In this document: piece by piece, positions 49,924-60,915 of the stretch
How positions within the stretch are numbered: the first letter of the stretch is position 1
How the letters are laid out: each line of letters starts with the position of its first letter
DNA from: Ostrea edulis
Lineage: Eukaryota
Direction: 5' to 3'
DNA: 64,000 bases
NCBI RefSeq assembly: GCF_947568905.1
Contig: NC_079168.1
Span: 32,736,001-32,800,000, forward strand
Notes under the pieces: generated by a model
Told to the model about the DNA's origin: nothing
Seen by the model: only the letters and a program-made list of their open reading frames with translations
Database searches by the model: none
Program-made: the position numbers and the translations under genes

Positions 49924-51446
49924 CTGTCAACAGAGAAAATCGGTATTTTAGAACTGTATAGTTAACTGTGTATTTTAGAACTGTACTTAACTGTGACAAG
50001 AAGGGAGAAAATGCAACGGATCAGACCGGGATTCAAATCCGGGCTCTTTAAATCTCTGGTCAGGTGCTCTACAAACTGAGCTAGCTAACCTGTCTGACTC
50101 TCACAATACAAAGAAACTTTTCATTTAACCCTTATGCAAACTAGATGTATCTGAGCGACACGAATAAGGACATGTCTAAGGGCCATAACTCTGTCAACAA
50201 TCATCCAACTGCCCCATATACATACTTGACAATGATGTATTTATATCCCAGATTTCAATTTAAAATTTCCCTGTATGACGGAGATAATGAATGGAAACTG
50301 AATTGTTTAAAATATTTCAAAAGTCCATATGGCTCAACTTTTCCAAAAATTATTCGACAAGAACAAAATACAAACTTGACCTGGATATTTTCAGGATGTA
50401 ATCTATATACCAAATTTCATTTCAAAATCTTCATGTATGACCAAAGTGATAAGCAGATACTTTGAATTGTTCGAAATTTTCTTGATACAAGGAGCATAAC
50501 TCTGTCAAAAATCATTCAACCAGTAAACCAAAACAAAAACATGACCTGGATATTCTTATGATGTATCGATATACCAAATTTCAGTTGACTATGTGAATCT
50601 ATCGGAGAGATAATGAATTGAAAACTTAATTATGACAGAAGGGTGGGAATGGGTATATAACTACATGCAGTATATACATACAGCCCATTTCGACAAAAAG
50701 AATGTGTCCTAATTTGCTCCCTAGAAAACAGGGATTAGCAAGCCAAAAATAATAAACATGGTATTTACAGGGTAAATGATTTTGCAGATTTAATGTAGTT
50801 TTAGTGCTAGTGTTATTTGTGTGTCTTTAGCCGTCTTATTTAATTTGTCCCGAGCAAGAGACGGGTCGTTTTAAATACAGTAAAACATGGTTATAGCAAA
50901 CCTTCAGGGCCAGTCAAAAACAGTTCATTACAAGCAAACTTCGTTATATCCAATAAGTTTTTCGTTATTTTTTTATCCTAGGGGAATGAATATTACTCCA
51001 CAATAAACGTGAATTCGTTATAAACATTTTTCCTGTACCTCAACAAATGTTTCAATGTAGATAAATCTCATCCGTGTCTTAGCAGAATTTCATCTGTAGT
51101 CACAAAACACAGTCTACTTCACTTATAACGAAGCCACCTATATTGAAGTATAAATAAATCCCAAATAATATTATTTCTTTTAACATCGGTTACAATAAAC
51201 TTTGGATATAATGAATACTTCAGGTCGTTCCCTGAATATTGATTTATTTAAAGTAGACTGTATTCAAGACAAAATGCAAATGTACGTGTCAAACAAACCA
51301 ATCAATACCACAGTAATTACAAATAATTCAGAATTACATCTCGTATCAATTCATTAGAGTTTACTAACAAAAACCCAGTTTTAATCCGAAAGAACTCTGT
51401 CTTTTTCATAAATGTGAGCTTTACAAATGTTAAAACTATTTCTCAC

Positions 51447-51557
51447 CTTTGAGTTTACCAAGGAATCGGAGGGCCGCTATTTCAGAGTGAGTACAACCTC
51501 CCAAGAAATAGACGAGGACAACTTTACTGACCGGGCGATCTTGTCGTGCTGATTTAC
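51447..51557 (-). CDS. VPS33B: VPS33B-like penultimate exon, copy D
   Basis: 111 nt, AG/GTGAG intact, open frame. Confidence 0.82.
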
Positions 51558-53157
51558 CTGTCAAGTCAATAACAAAATTATCACAAATCTACCATGCAAT
51601 ATAACTCTCCTTACCACAAGGAATACTAGTCCTAAGGAAATGTATTTTACATTTGTTTCTCTTGACAACTGTGCTTATTTTTATTTAGTATGGTTTACTG
51701 TAGATCTGGTAATTCAGAAATACATTCCTTTTATAAAGAATTGCGATGTAAATGTTTTTCTCCTTTCACGAATTTTCCCAAGAATGGAAATTTTGACATT
51801 TTTATATTAGATGAAATTTCTTCACCTACCTTAAAATCCAAAATTACAAAATACACAGTACCAAGGTATAACTTGCCAAATTTGAACCTGGAAGATAGAA
51901 TAATCAGTCAATTTCAAATTTCCTATTTTTCATGTAATACAAAAATAATGAAAGTTGTGATATTGGAGTGAACACGCGAATATCGCATTCATAGTCATGT
52001 GGCATACATTTACACACAGTACATACATGAGGTGCAACACACACAGTACATACATGAGGTACTACACACCCAATACACATATATGAGGTACCACACACAG
52101 TACATACATGAGGATATCCCATGAAAGCTCACGTGCTTATTTCCAATGGGAAATGAACGAATTTTCTTTTTGGTTGTTGGTTACTTCGGAACAAAGACAT
52201 GCAAACATTGTATAGGTCTCTAATACAATATGCCTAAAACATTGAAAACGAAATTAGAATCTCGTGGATGCATATAAAAGTATATACTGAAATAAATAGT
52301 AAACAATGCAAGGTGAAGATAACGAACAGTGATACATCGGTCACATGAAATATTTTCCCAACTGATTTCTCGTCATCATATTATATACATGTACAGCGTC
52401 GTGCCATATTTTACTATATACAATGTAATTCATTGAAAACAACCACTTTTCTAAATCCTTTTTATAAACTTATCAAGATTCAATTAGAGTAACTTTTACA
52501 GCATTAACAACACTTGTAAATATCTACAGTTTGTGGTTTTAGTGTCTTACCCACTAAACAACTGTACACATATCATATGAATGTAAGAACACCACACTCA
52601 AGGTTTTCGTTTAACTCTTATATACAAAGGATTATATAAAGAAATGAAATGCTAAAAGTTGATGTTAAAGTTTCTTTGGTCATATTTCTGTAATTGTTAG
52701 TAAAAGAACTCAGAATGATTGTTCAAACAAAGAATATTTTTTCAATTTAGCGAACATGAAAGTTGACACATTTATGGCACCACGCTGTACATCAGTCCTA
52801 TATTGTCTGTTCTTTGAATGGGTTTTCTTTCCCCAGCAAAACCTATTTTATCCCAAGTATTTTTTCTTCGGTTTGGAATGGTGGGGTTTTTTTTTATCCA
52901 GTAAAACTGATTTTATCCCATGTATCATTTTTTTAGTTGCGTTTTCATCCTTGTAGCATCTTCACTAGATAAGGGTTTTCGGTCCACTCCGTTCCCCATA
53001 AAACCCTTGGCTAGTGAAGATGCCTTTGTACAGCCCAAAATGTGAGTGTAAGGAACGATAACTCTGGGTAGCTAGCTACCGTGAATAATTACATCGGGCT
53101 CAAAATTACAAATTGATTTCAAAAAATTCAACTTTTGTTTTGATTTCGTGCTAAAGC

Positions 53158-55038
53158 ATGATTTACGACGTTATGGCCACTGTCACTTCAAACATCCATT
53201 GTGATTTGACGGTATGTTCTATTTGTTTGGAACATTACAAATCACCAAGGTATTTACCGTGCACACACACTTTCTGTCATCCGTGTCTACTGTCACACAT
53301 CAAGTCGTCGTGTGCGGACTGCAGTCTACCGCTCGGATTTCCATGCCCGCTGTGTAGAACATTCGTCTCCGCGCCTGGTAATGTTGGCCAGTTCACTCCA
53401 GAAGAATGGGCAGACAGATTTCCAGAAAACCAATTCATGAGTTCCGTTGCAAATCAATGCGAGCCTTGTGACATTGGTGGAGACAACAAACCTGCTAGTG
53501 GTTGGTGCAGAGACTGCTCGGAGGCTTTGTGCGAGGAGTGTCTTCAGTGGCACAAAAAATTCAAACGTTCCAGAAATCATGAAATAGTTCCTCTCACTGA
53601 AGGGGCTATTCCTTCTACTTCTACCCCATCACTGGACATGTGCGAGGATCACGAGGGGCGAAAAATTGAAATGTTTTGTGAAAGTCATCTCGCACCATGT
53701 TGTGTCCTCTGTGTTACAACAGAACATGGTAGATGTAAAAGCATTTGTTCGATAGAGGAAGCGACCGATAAAGTAATAAAACCTGGGAAAGTAAAACGCT
53801 TGCGAGATGATGTCGATCGACTTGAAGTCATGTTAGAAAAGGTTATTACTGCAGAGAAAGCCAACATCCAAGAAATTGAAGATGTAGCTAACAAGTTAGG
53901 AGAAGAAATTTCGAGAGCAAAAGCAGCCATTATTGAAACTGTAACAAAGCTGGAGGAACAACATTTAAACGAAGTAGGAAAAGCAACCAAAGATGCTAAA
54001 GCAAAACTTCAAAAATCAATCAACACTTTCGAACAGAGGGAATGTTATCTTCGCCATTGGAAAGAAATACTCGGGAAAAATTTATTCACTGATGGGTCAC
54101 CAAAAACAATTGTCGCATTGTCTTATACCAAAATGGAACGAATATTTCAAACTTTGAGAGAAATGGAAATGTCTCAGCTCAGATTTGGAATTCAAGCCAA
54201 GATACAAGATGACGTTAAGAAATTGATGAAGTTACCTTTGCTTGCAGAAATTACCACAAATGAACACAAAAGCCCTGTAATGCTAGATGAAATTGATATA
54301 GAAAATGCTGAAATCAACGCGATTTCTGAATTTACGATTGATGGTGCTAATTTTACAGGAGGGGTTTATCTCCAGAATGGGGAATTAGTACTGGCTGATC
54401 ATAAAAACAAGAGACTCGTTCACTGTAGAACAGATGGGGAGATTCTGAGAAAGATACCTCTGAAAGGTTCTCCATGGGATATTTGTGTCAACGAAGAAAA
54501 TGATATGTATGTAACACTTCCTAAAAAAAAGAAAGTTTTAGTTATTAGTATTGATACATTCAACACAACAAAAACTGTTGAAGTTGATATTGAGTGCCGT
54601 GGAATAGCACAGTCAGGCAACACTATTGCATTAGGTTGTATAAATGTTCTAGAAGTATTAAGTGCGGATTTTCGAAAATGTAGTTCAAGCGATGTAACAG
54701 GATTGTACGATGTAGCAGTAGATATGGAGGAAAATATCATTTATTCGAGTTACACCAAACATAAAGTCTGGAAACAGGACAGAGAAGGAAATGTCTTGTT
54801 CACATACAGAGATACAGAATTACAATATCCATATGGATTAACAGTGGACAGGGTTGGAAATATATATGTGAATGGTAAAAGCAGCAACAATATACACATA
54901 CTCTCACAGACTGGTAAAAAGTTAAGAATTCTGAATGACGTGAGGGAGCCACAGTGTATTAAATTCCAGGAGAACACGCACAGATTCTTTGTTGGTGAGG
55001 CAGGGGAACGGGTGAAAATATTTGAATTTGTTGTATGA
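53158..55038 (+). CDS. TRIM array member (start at 53158 or at the paralog-equivalent ATG 53173)
   Basis: 626-aa ORF with all Zn ligands intact and a 3-nt deletion in the propeller (CSSSDV). Confidence 0.92.
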   Translation: MIYDVMATVTSNIHCDLTVCSICLEHYKSPRYLPCTHTFCHPCLLSHIKSSCADCSLPLGFPCPLCRTFVSAPGNVGQFTPEEWADRFPENQFMSSVANQCEPCDIGGDNKPASGWCRDCSEALCEECLQWHKKFKRSRNHEIVPLTEGAIPSTSTPSLDMCEDHEGRKIEMFCESHLAPCCVLCVTTEHGRCKSICSIEEATDKVIKPGKVKRLRDDVDRLEVMLEKVITAEKANIQEIEDVANKLGEEISRAKAAIIETVTKLEEQHLNEVGKATKDAKAKLQKSINTFEQRECYLRHWKEILGKNLFTDGSPKTIVALSYTKMERIFQTLREMEMSQLRFGIQAKIQDDVKKLMKLPLLAEITTNEHKSPVMLDEIDIENAEINAISEFTIDGANFTGGVYLQNGELVLADHKNKRLVHCRTDGEILRKIPLKGSPWDICVNEENDMYVTLPKKKKVLVISIDTFNTTKTVEVDIECRGIAQSGNTIALGCINVLEVLSADFRKCSSSDVTGLYDVAVDMEENIIYSSYTKHKVWKQDREGNVLFTYRDTELQYPYGLTVDRVGNIYVNGKSSNNIHILSQTGKKLRILNDVREPQCIKFQENTHRFFVGEAGERVKIFEFVV

Positions 55039-55723
55039 GGTTATTACCTGATTGCTGAATTGAAAGTTGAAGGTCTCCTTCTGAATTTTTGTCTGAAGTC
55101 AAAAGACACAATAACATGCACCTTTCTTCTTTCAATTGATCATACTGTATGTACTCATTATAGCCTCCTAAATGATCCTATATATGGAGTATAAAACGGA
55201 AATGAAATTATACACAAAATGTTCTTACTTTCATTTTAATGAGGTGATATAAGTTTATCTCGGAAGTACATGTGAATATAAGGAATTTAGCTGCCCCCAC
55301 CCCCAGGGAGTCACCCAGGTGACCTATTGCTATTATTCTGCGTCCATCATCATCAATTGCGTGCCAACATTTAAACAATTTGAACTTCTTGATAGCTACC
55401 CTTCCAATTCTTTTGAAATTTGTATATGAAGCACCTTTGGGATGGGGTACATGGCATAAGCTGTAAATTTTAGGGTCCTACACCTTCGGGGCCCTTAGGA
55501 GCAGGGCAAAAACAGTCAAATATCGACCAATATTCCCAAATCTTATCTACAACTGCACAGGTGTAAGAAGAACTGCATAATCATGCAGGGCAGGAATTCG
55601 AGACCTCTACTAAAATTGTAAATTTCATTATCTCTGGGGTAGAGGTTCTGACTTCAGGGCGGGGGCAAATAAAATAGAACCAACTAATATGTCATAAGTC
55701 TAGAGATCCTTTACATCTTCCTC

Positions 55724-56462
55724 CAGGGATGGGGTAATTGAAAAATGTAATTGTAATTTGCTGTATTTAAATACATTTTTATAAAGCAATTGGATATATT
55801 TGTAATTGACTTTGCTTTCAATTACAAGTAATTGAATGTATTTAAATACATTTTATAAAAAGTCAAGTATTTTAAATTATATTTTTAATTCAAACTGAAA
55901 ATGATGGAATGAAAGTGTCTGATAATAATGGTGTTAGACTGATCTACTGTTTGTCATAGGATGTTTATGCAATAATTAGATGTCTCCCTATGTCTATAAA
56001 CTTGATGCAGTGTGGCCACAGTGCCCAGGGCTATAGGTGAAGGGCTAATTGTGTTCAGGTGTTCACCCCTCTCATACCTGCAGTACAAAGACACAAGTAA
56101 AAAAAAAAAATACCCGAGCAGGAGTTCACTTCATTCAGATAATTTAGAACTAAACATGACTTTTAAATGTACTGGATGAATTTGATGTCCTAGAAAATGC
56201 ATCTGGAAATAGCCATTTTTTAGCAGAATTTTAATCCCTCAAAAGGCTTGAAGACAAATCATAGCAGGCTTCGCGGTCAAGTCTTCCAAGACATTTTGAA
56301 ATAAACTTAAGTAATTGAAATGTATTTAATTATATTCTTCAAAGTAATTTAGAGTAATTAAATACATTGATTAAAATCATTGTAATTGCAAGTAATTGAC
56401 AAAATCATCAATATAATTTAAAGTATTTAATTACATTTTCAATGTAATTGACCCCATCCCTG
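55724..56462. mobile_element. hAT-like MITE copy
   Basis: tcttcctc TSD on both sides, CAGGGATGGGG TIR. Confidence 0.8.
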
Positions 56463-56479
56463 TCTTCCTCTGTACAAAG

Positions 56480-56810
56480 AACCAACCATAGCAGTGACAT
56501 TTACTGATCAACCAACCATAGCAGTGACATTTACTGATCAACCAACCATAGCAGTAATGTGTACTGATCAACCAACCATAGCAGTGACATTTACTGATCA
56601 ACCAACCATAGCAGTGACATTTACTGATCAACCAACCATAGCAGTAACATGTACTGATCAACCAACCATAGCAGTAACATTTACTGATCAACCAACCATA
56701 GCAGTGACATTTACTGATCAACCAACCATAGCAGTAACATGTACCGATCAACCAACCATAGCAGTAACATTTACTGATCAACCAACCATAGCAGTGACAT
56801 TTACTGATCA
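56480..56810. repeat. 30-bp minisatellite, ~11 copies
   Basis: Same unit as at 12256, with g/a and t/g variants. Confidence 0.95.
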
Positions 56811-57679
56811 AGAAAACAATTTGTTGAAATATTCATTACTTTCTTACTGTGTTGTGCTGCTTGCACAGAATTTTGAAAAATTTCACAAATTAAATTAAAC
56901 CAAAAAACAGCCTGATTGACAGAGACCTACATTTCACACTTGAAGAAAAACAAATTACTCTATTAACAAACAAATTACTACATCTACAATAGATGGTAAG
57001 CTTATAATGATAATTTATGAGCCCTTACTTTCATATTTCAATTAATTGCATCATAGGGCCACATTCTAGAACAAAATAAGAAGTGTACATGCAGGCACAC
57101 AGCCTGGAGTATATTCAGAGGGGTGAGTGAATCCTTTGGATTTCCCATAATGGTTGTCATTTTTGGAAATGTTAAAGGATTTGATCCCTAACTATATGAA
57201 ATAAGAGCTCTGATTGTGGGTAAAAATAAATACCCCAATATCATAACTACTAAAGATAAATAAAAATAATTAATTTTCCAATAATTTTTATTGGATAGCA
57301 TTAAACAATTTTTAATGCAGTGTGTGAATGCACCCCTCTGCTTAAAAGGGTTTGTGCTATTCTCTCTCTCTCTCTCTTGCACTCTCTTTCTGAATGTTTT
57401 TCCAATCGGAGTCTAATTTTTCAGTCTCACAGTACCAATATATTAAACTCCCCATCCAAATGAATCGTGAAGTCACTTAACTGCAGATGATCGAGTGAGT
57501 GACTACCAGTCACAATGGTTCAGTGTAATTATTGATATTGCTCAGCGCTTCAACTCAAACGAAGTCACTTACAATCTATACAGTTTAAATACAGTTACTG
57601 ACAAAAATAAGTCTAAATGACGATGATAAAGTATGACAAAAATTATTAACTATAAAACGATAATCTATATGACGATGAA

Positions 57680-57762
57680 TTATATGGGTGGTCTCTCCAT
57701 GACAGACTCCAGCATGGTGGCGCTGTTGATGATTGCTGTGGTGGCTATGATGAATACGTAAC
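57680..57762 (-). CDS. VPS33B: VPS33B-like terminal exon, copy E
   Basis: 83 nt, GYVFIIATTAIINSATMLESVMERPPI*; minus-strand AATAAA at 57287-57292. Confidence 0.85.
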
Positions 57763-59229
57763 CTGTCAACAGAGAAAATTGGTATTTTAGAACTGTAGTT
57801 AACTGTGACAAGAAGGGAGAAAATGCAACGGACCAGACCGGGATTCAAATCCGGGCTCTTTAAATCTCTGGTCAGGTGCTCTATAAACTGAGCTAGCTAA
57901 CCTGTCTGACTCTCACAATACAAAGAAACTTTTCATTTAACCCTTATGCAAACTATAGATGTATCTGACTCTGAGCGACATGAATAAGGGCATGTCTAAG
58001 GGCCATAACTCTGTCAACAATCATCCAACTGCCCCCATATACGTACTTGACAATGATGTATTTATATCCCAAATTTCAATTCAAAATATCCCTGTATGAC
58101 GGAGATAATGAATGGAAACTGAATTGTTAAAAACTTTTCAAAAGTCCAAGGGGTCCAACTTTTCCAATTTTAATCCACTAGAACAAAATACAAACTTGAT
58201 CTGGATATTTTCAGGATGTAATCTATATACTAAATTTCATTTCAAAATATTCATGTATGACCAAAGTGATAAGCAGAGACTTTGAATTGTTCGAAATTTT
58301 CTTGACACAAGGGGCATAACGACAGGATGGAAATGGGTAACTATATATACACACTAAAGTATATTATATAATATGTATTGATTGTGGATCAGATCATCAA
58401 ACGAAAGGGATGTGTCCTAATTCGCTCCCTAGAAAACATTGATTAGCAAGGCAGAACATGGTATTTGCAGGGTAAATAATTTTGTAGATTTAGTGTAGTT
58501 TTAGTGCTAGTGTTATTTGTGTGTCTTTAGTCATCTGATGAATTTAAAGAAAACACAATGTATGTTATATTATTATTATTGTATTATCTTATTTCATTTG
58601 TCCTGAGCAAGAGACGGGTCATTTCAAATACAGTAAAACACCGTTATAGCAAACCTTCAGGGCCAGCCAAAAAACAGTTCATTATAACCAAACTTCGTTA
58701 TATCCAGTGAATTTTTCGTTATTTTCTTACCATAAGGGAATAGGTATTACTCCGCAATAAACGTGAATTCGTTATAAACGTGTTTTACTGTACCTTAACA
58801 AATGTTTCAATGAACAGAAATCTCATCCATGACTTAGCAGAATAGAATTTCATCTGTAGTCACAAAACACAGTCTACTCTACTTATAATGAAGCCAACTA
58901 TATTGAACTTACAGTTATATTGAAGTATAAATAAATCCCAAATAACATTATATATATAGTTTAACATCGTTTATATTAAACTTTCGATATAATGAACACT
59001 TCAAGTTGTTGCCTGAATTTTAATTTATCTAGAGTAGACTGTATGCAAGACAAAATACAAATGTACGTGTCAAACGAACCAATCAATGCCACAGTAATTA
59101 CAAAGTAATCAGGATTTAGATCTCATATCAATTCATTACAGTTTACTAACAAAAATGCCAGGTTTAATCTGAAAGAAATCTGTCTTTTTCATGAATGTGA
59201 GCTTTAGAAATGTTAAAACTATTTCTCAC

Positions 59230-59340
59230 CTTTGAGTTTACCGAGGAATCGGAGGGCCGTTATTTCAGAGTGAGTACAACCTCCCAAGAAATAGACGAGA
59301 ACAACTTTACTGACCGGGCGATCTTGTCGTGCTGATTTAC
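59230..59340 (-). CDS. VPS33B: VPS33B-like penultimate exon, copy E
   Basis: 111 nt, AG/GTGAG; visible in the ORF track at 59219..59452 as KVVLVYFLGGCTHSEITALRFLGKLKG. Confidence 0.85.
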
Positions 59341-60915
59341 CTGTCAAGTCAATAACAAAATTTATCACAAATCTACCATGCAATATAACTCTCCTTACCA
59401 CAAGGAATATCAGTCCAAGGGAAATGTATTTTACATTTGTTTCTCTTGACAACTGTGCTTATTTTTATTTAGTATGGTTTACTGTAGATCTGGTAATTCA
59501 GAAATACATTCCTTTTATAAAGAATTGCGATGTAAATGTTTTTCTCCTTTCACGAATTTTCCCAAGAATGGAAATTTTGACATTTTTATATTAGATGAAA
59601 TTTCTTCATTTACCTTAAAATCCAAAATTACAAGATACAGAGTACCAAGGTATAACTGTTGCCAAATTTGAACCTGGAAGATAGAATAATCAGTCAATTT
59701 CAAATTTCCTATTTTTCATGTAATACAAAAATAATGAAAGTTGTGATATTGGAGTGAACACGCGAATATCGCATTCATAGTCATGTGGCATACATTTACA
59801 CACAGTACATACATGAGGTGCAACACACACAGTACATATATATGAGGTACCACACACAGTACATACATGAGGATATCCCATGAAAGCTCACGTGCTTATT
59901 TCCAATGGGAAATGAACGAATTTTCTTTTTGGTTGTTGGTTACTTCGGAACAAAGACATGCAAACATTGTATAGGTCTCTAATACAATATGCCTAAAACA
60001 TTGAAAACGAAATTAGAATCTCGTGGATGCATATATAAGTATATACTGAAATAAATAGTAAACAATGCAAGGTGAAGATAACGAACAGTGATACATTGGT
60101 CACATGAAATATTTTCCCAACTGATTTCTCGTCATCATCTTATATACATGTACAGTGTCGTGCCATATTTTACTATATACAATGTAATTCATTGAAAACA
60201 ACCACTTTTCTAAATCCTTTTTTATAAACTTATCAATATTCCATTATACTAAGTTTTACACCATTAACATCTACAGTTTGTGGTTTTAGTGTCTTACCCA
60301 CAAAACAACTGTACACATATCATATGAATGTAAGAACACCACACTCAAGGTTTTCGTTTAACTCTTATATACAAAGGATTATATAAAGAAATGAAATGCT
60401 AAAAGTTGATGTTAAAGTTTCTTTGGTCATATTTCTGTAATTGTTAGTAAAAGAACTCAGAATGATTGCTTAAACAAAGAATATTTTTCAATTTAGCGAA
60501 CATGAAAGTTGACACATTTATGGCACCACTCTGTACATCAGTCCTATATTGTCTGTTCTTTGAATGGGTTTTCTTTCCCCCAGCAAAACCTATTTTATCC
60601 CATGTATTTTTTCTTCAGCTTGGAATGGCGGTTTTTGTATCCAGTAAAACTGATTTTATCCCATGTATCATTTTTTAAGTTGTGTTTTCATCTTTGTTGT
60701 ATCTTCACTAGATAAAGGTTTTTTGTCCACTACGCTCCCCATAAAACTCTTGGCTAGTGAAGATGCCTTTGTACAGCCCAAAATGTGAGTGTAAGGAACG
60801 ATAACTCTGGGTAGCTAGCTACAGTGAATAATTATATCGGACTCAAAATTACAAATTGATTTCAAACAATTCAACTTTCGTTTTGATTTCGTGCTAAAGC
60901 ATGATTTAGGACGTT

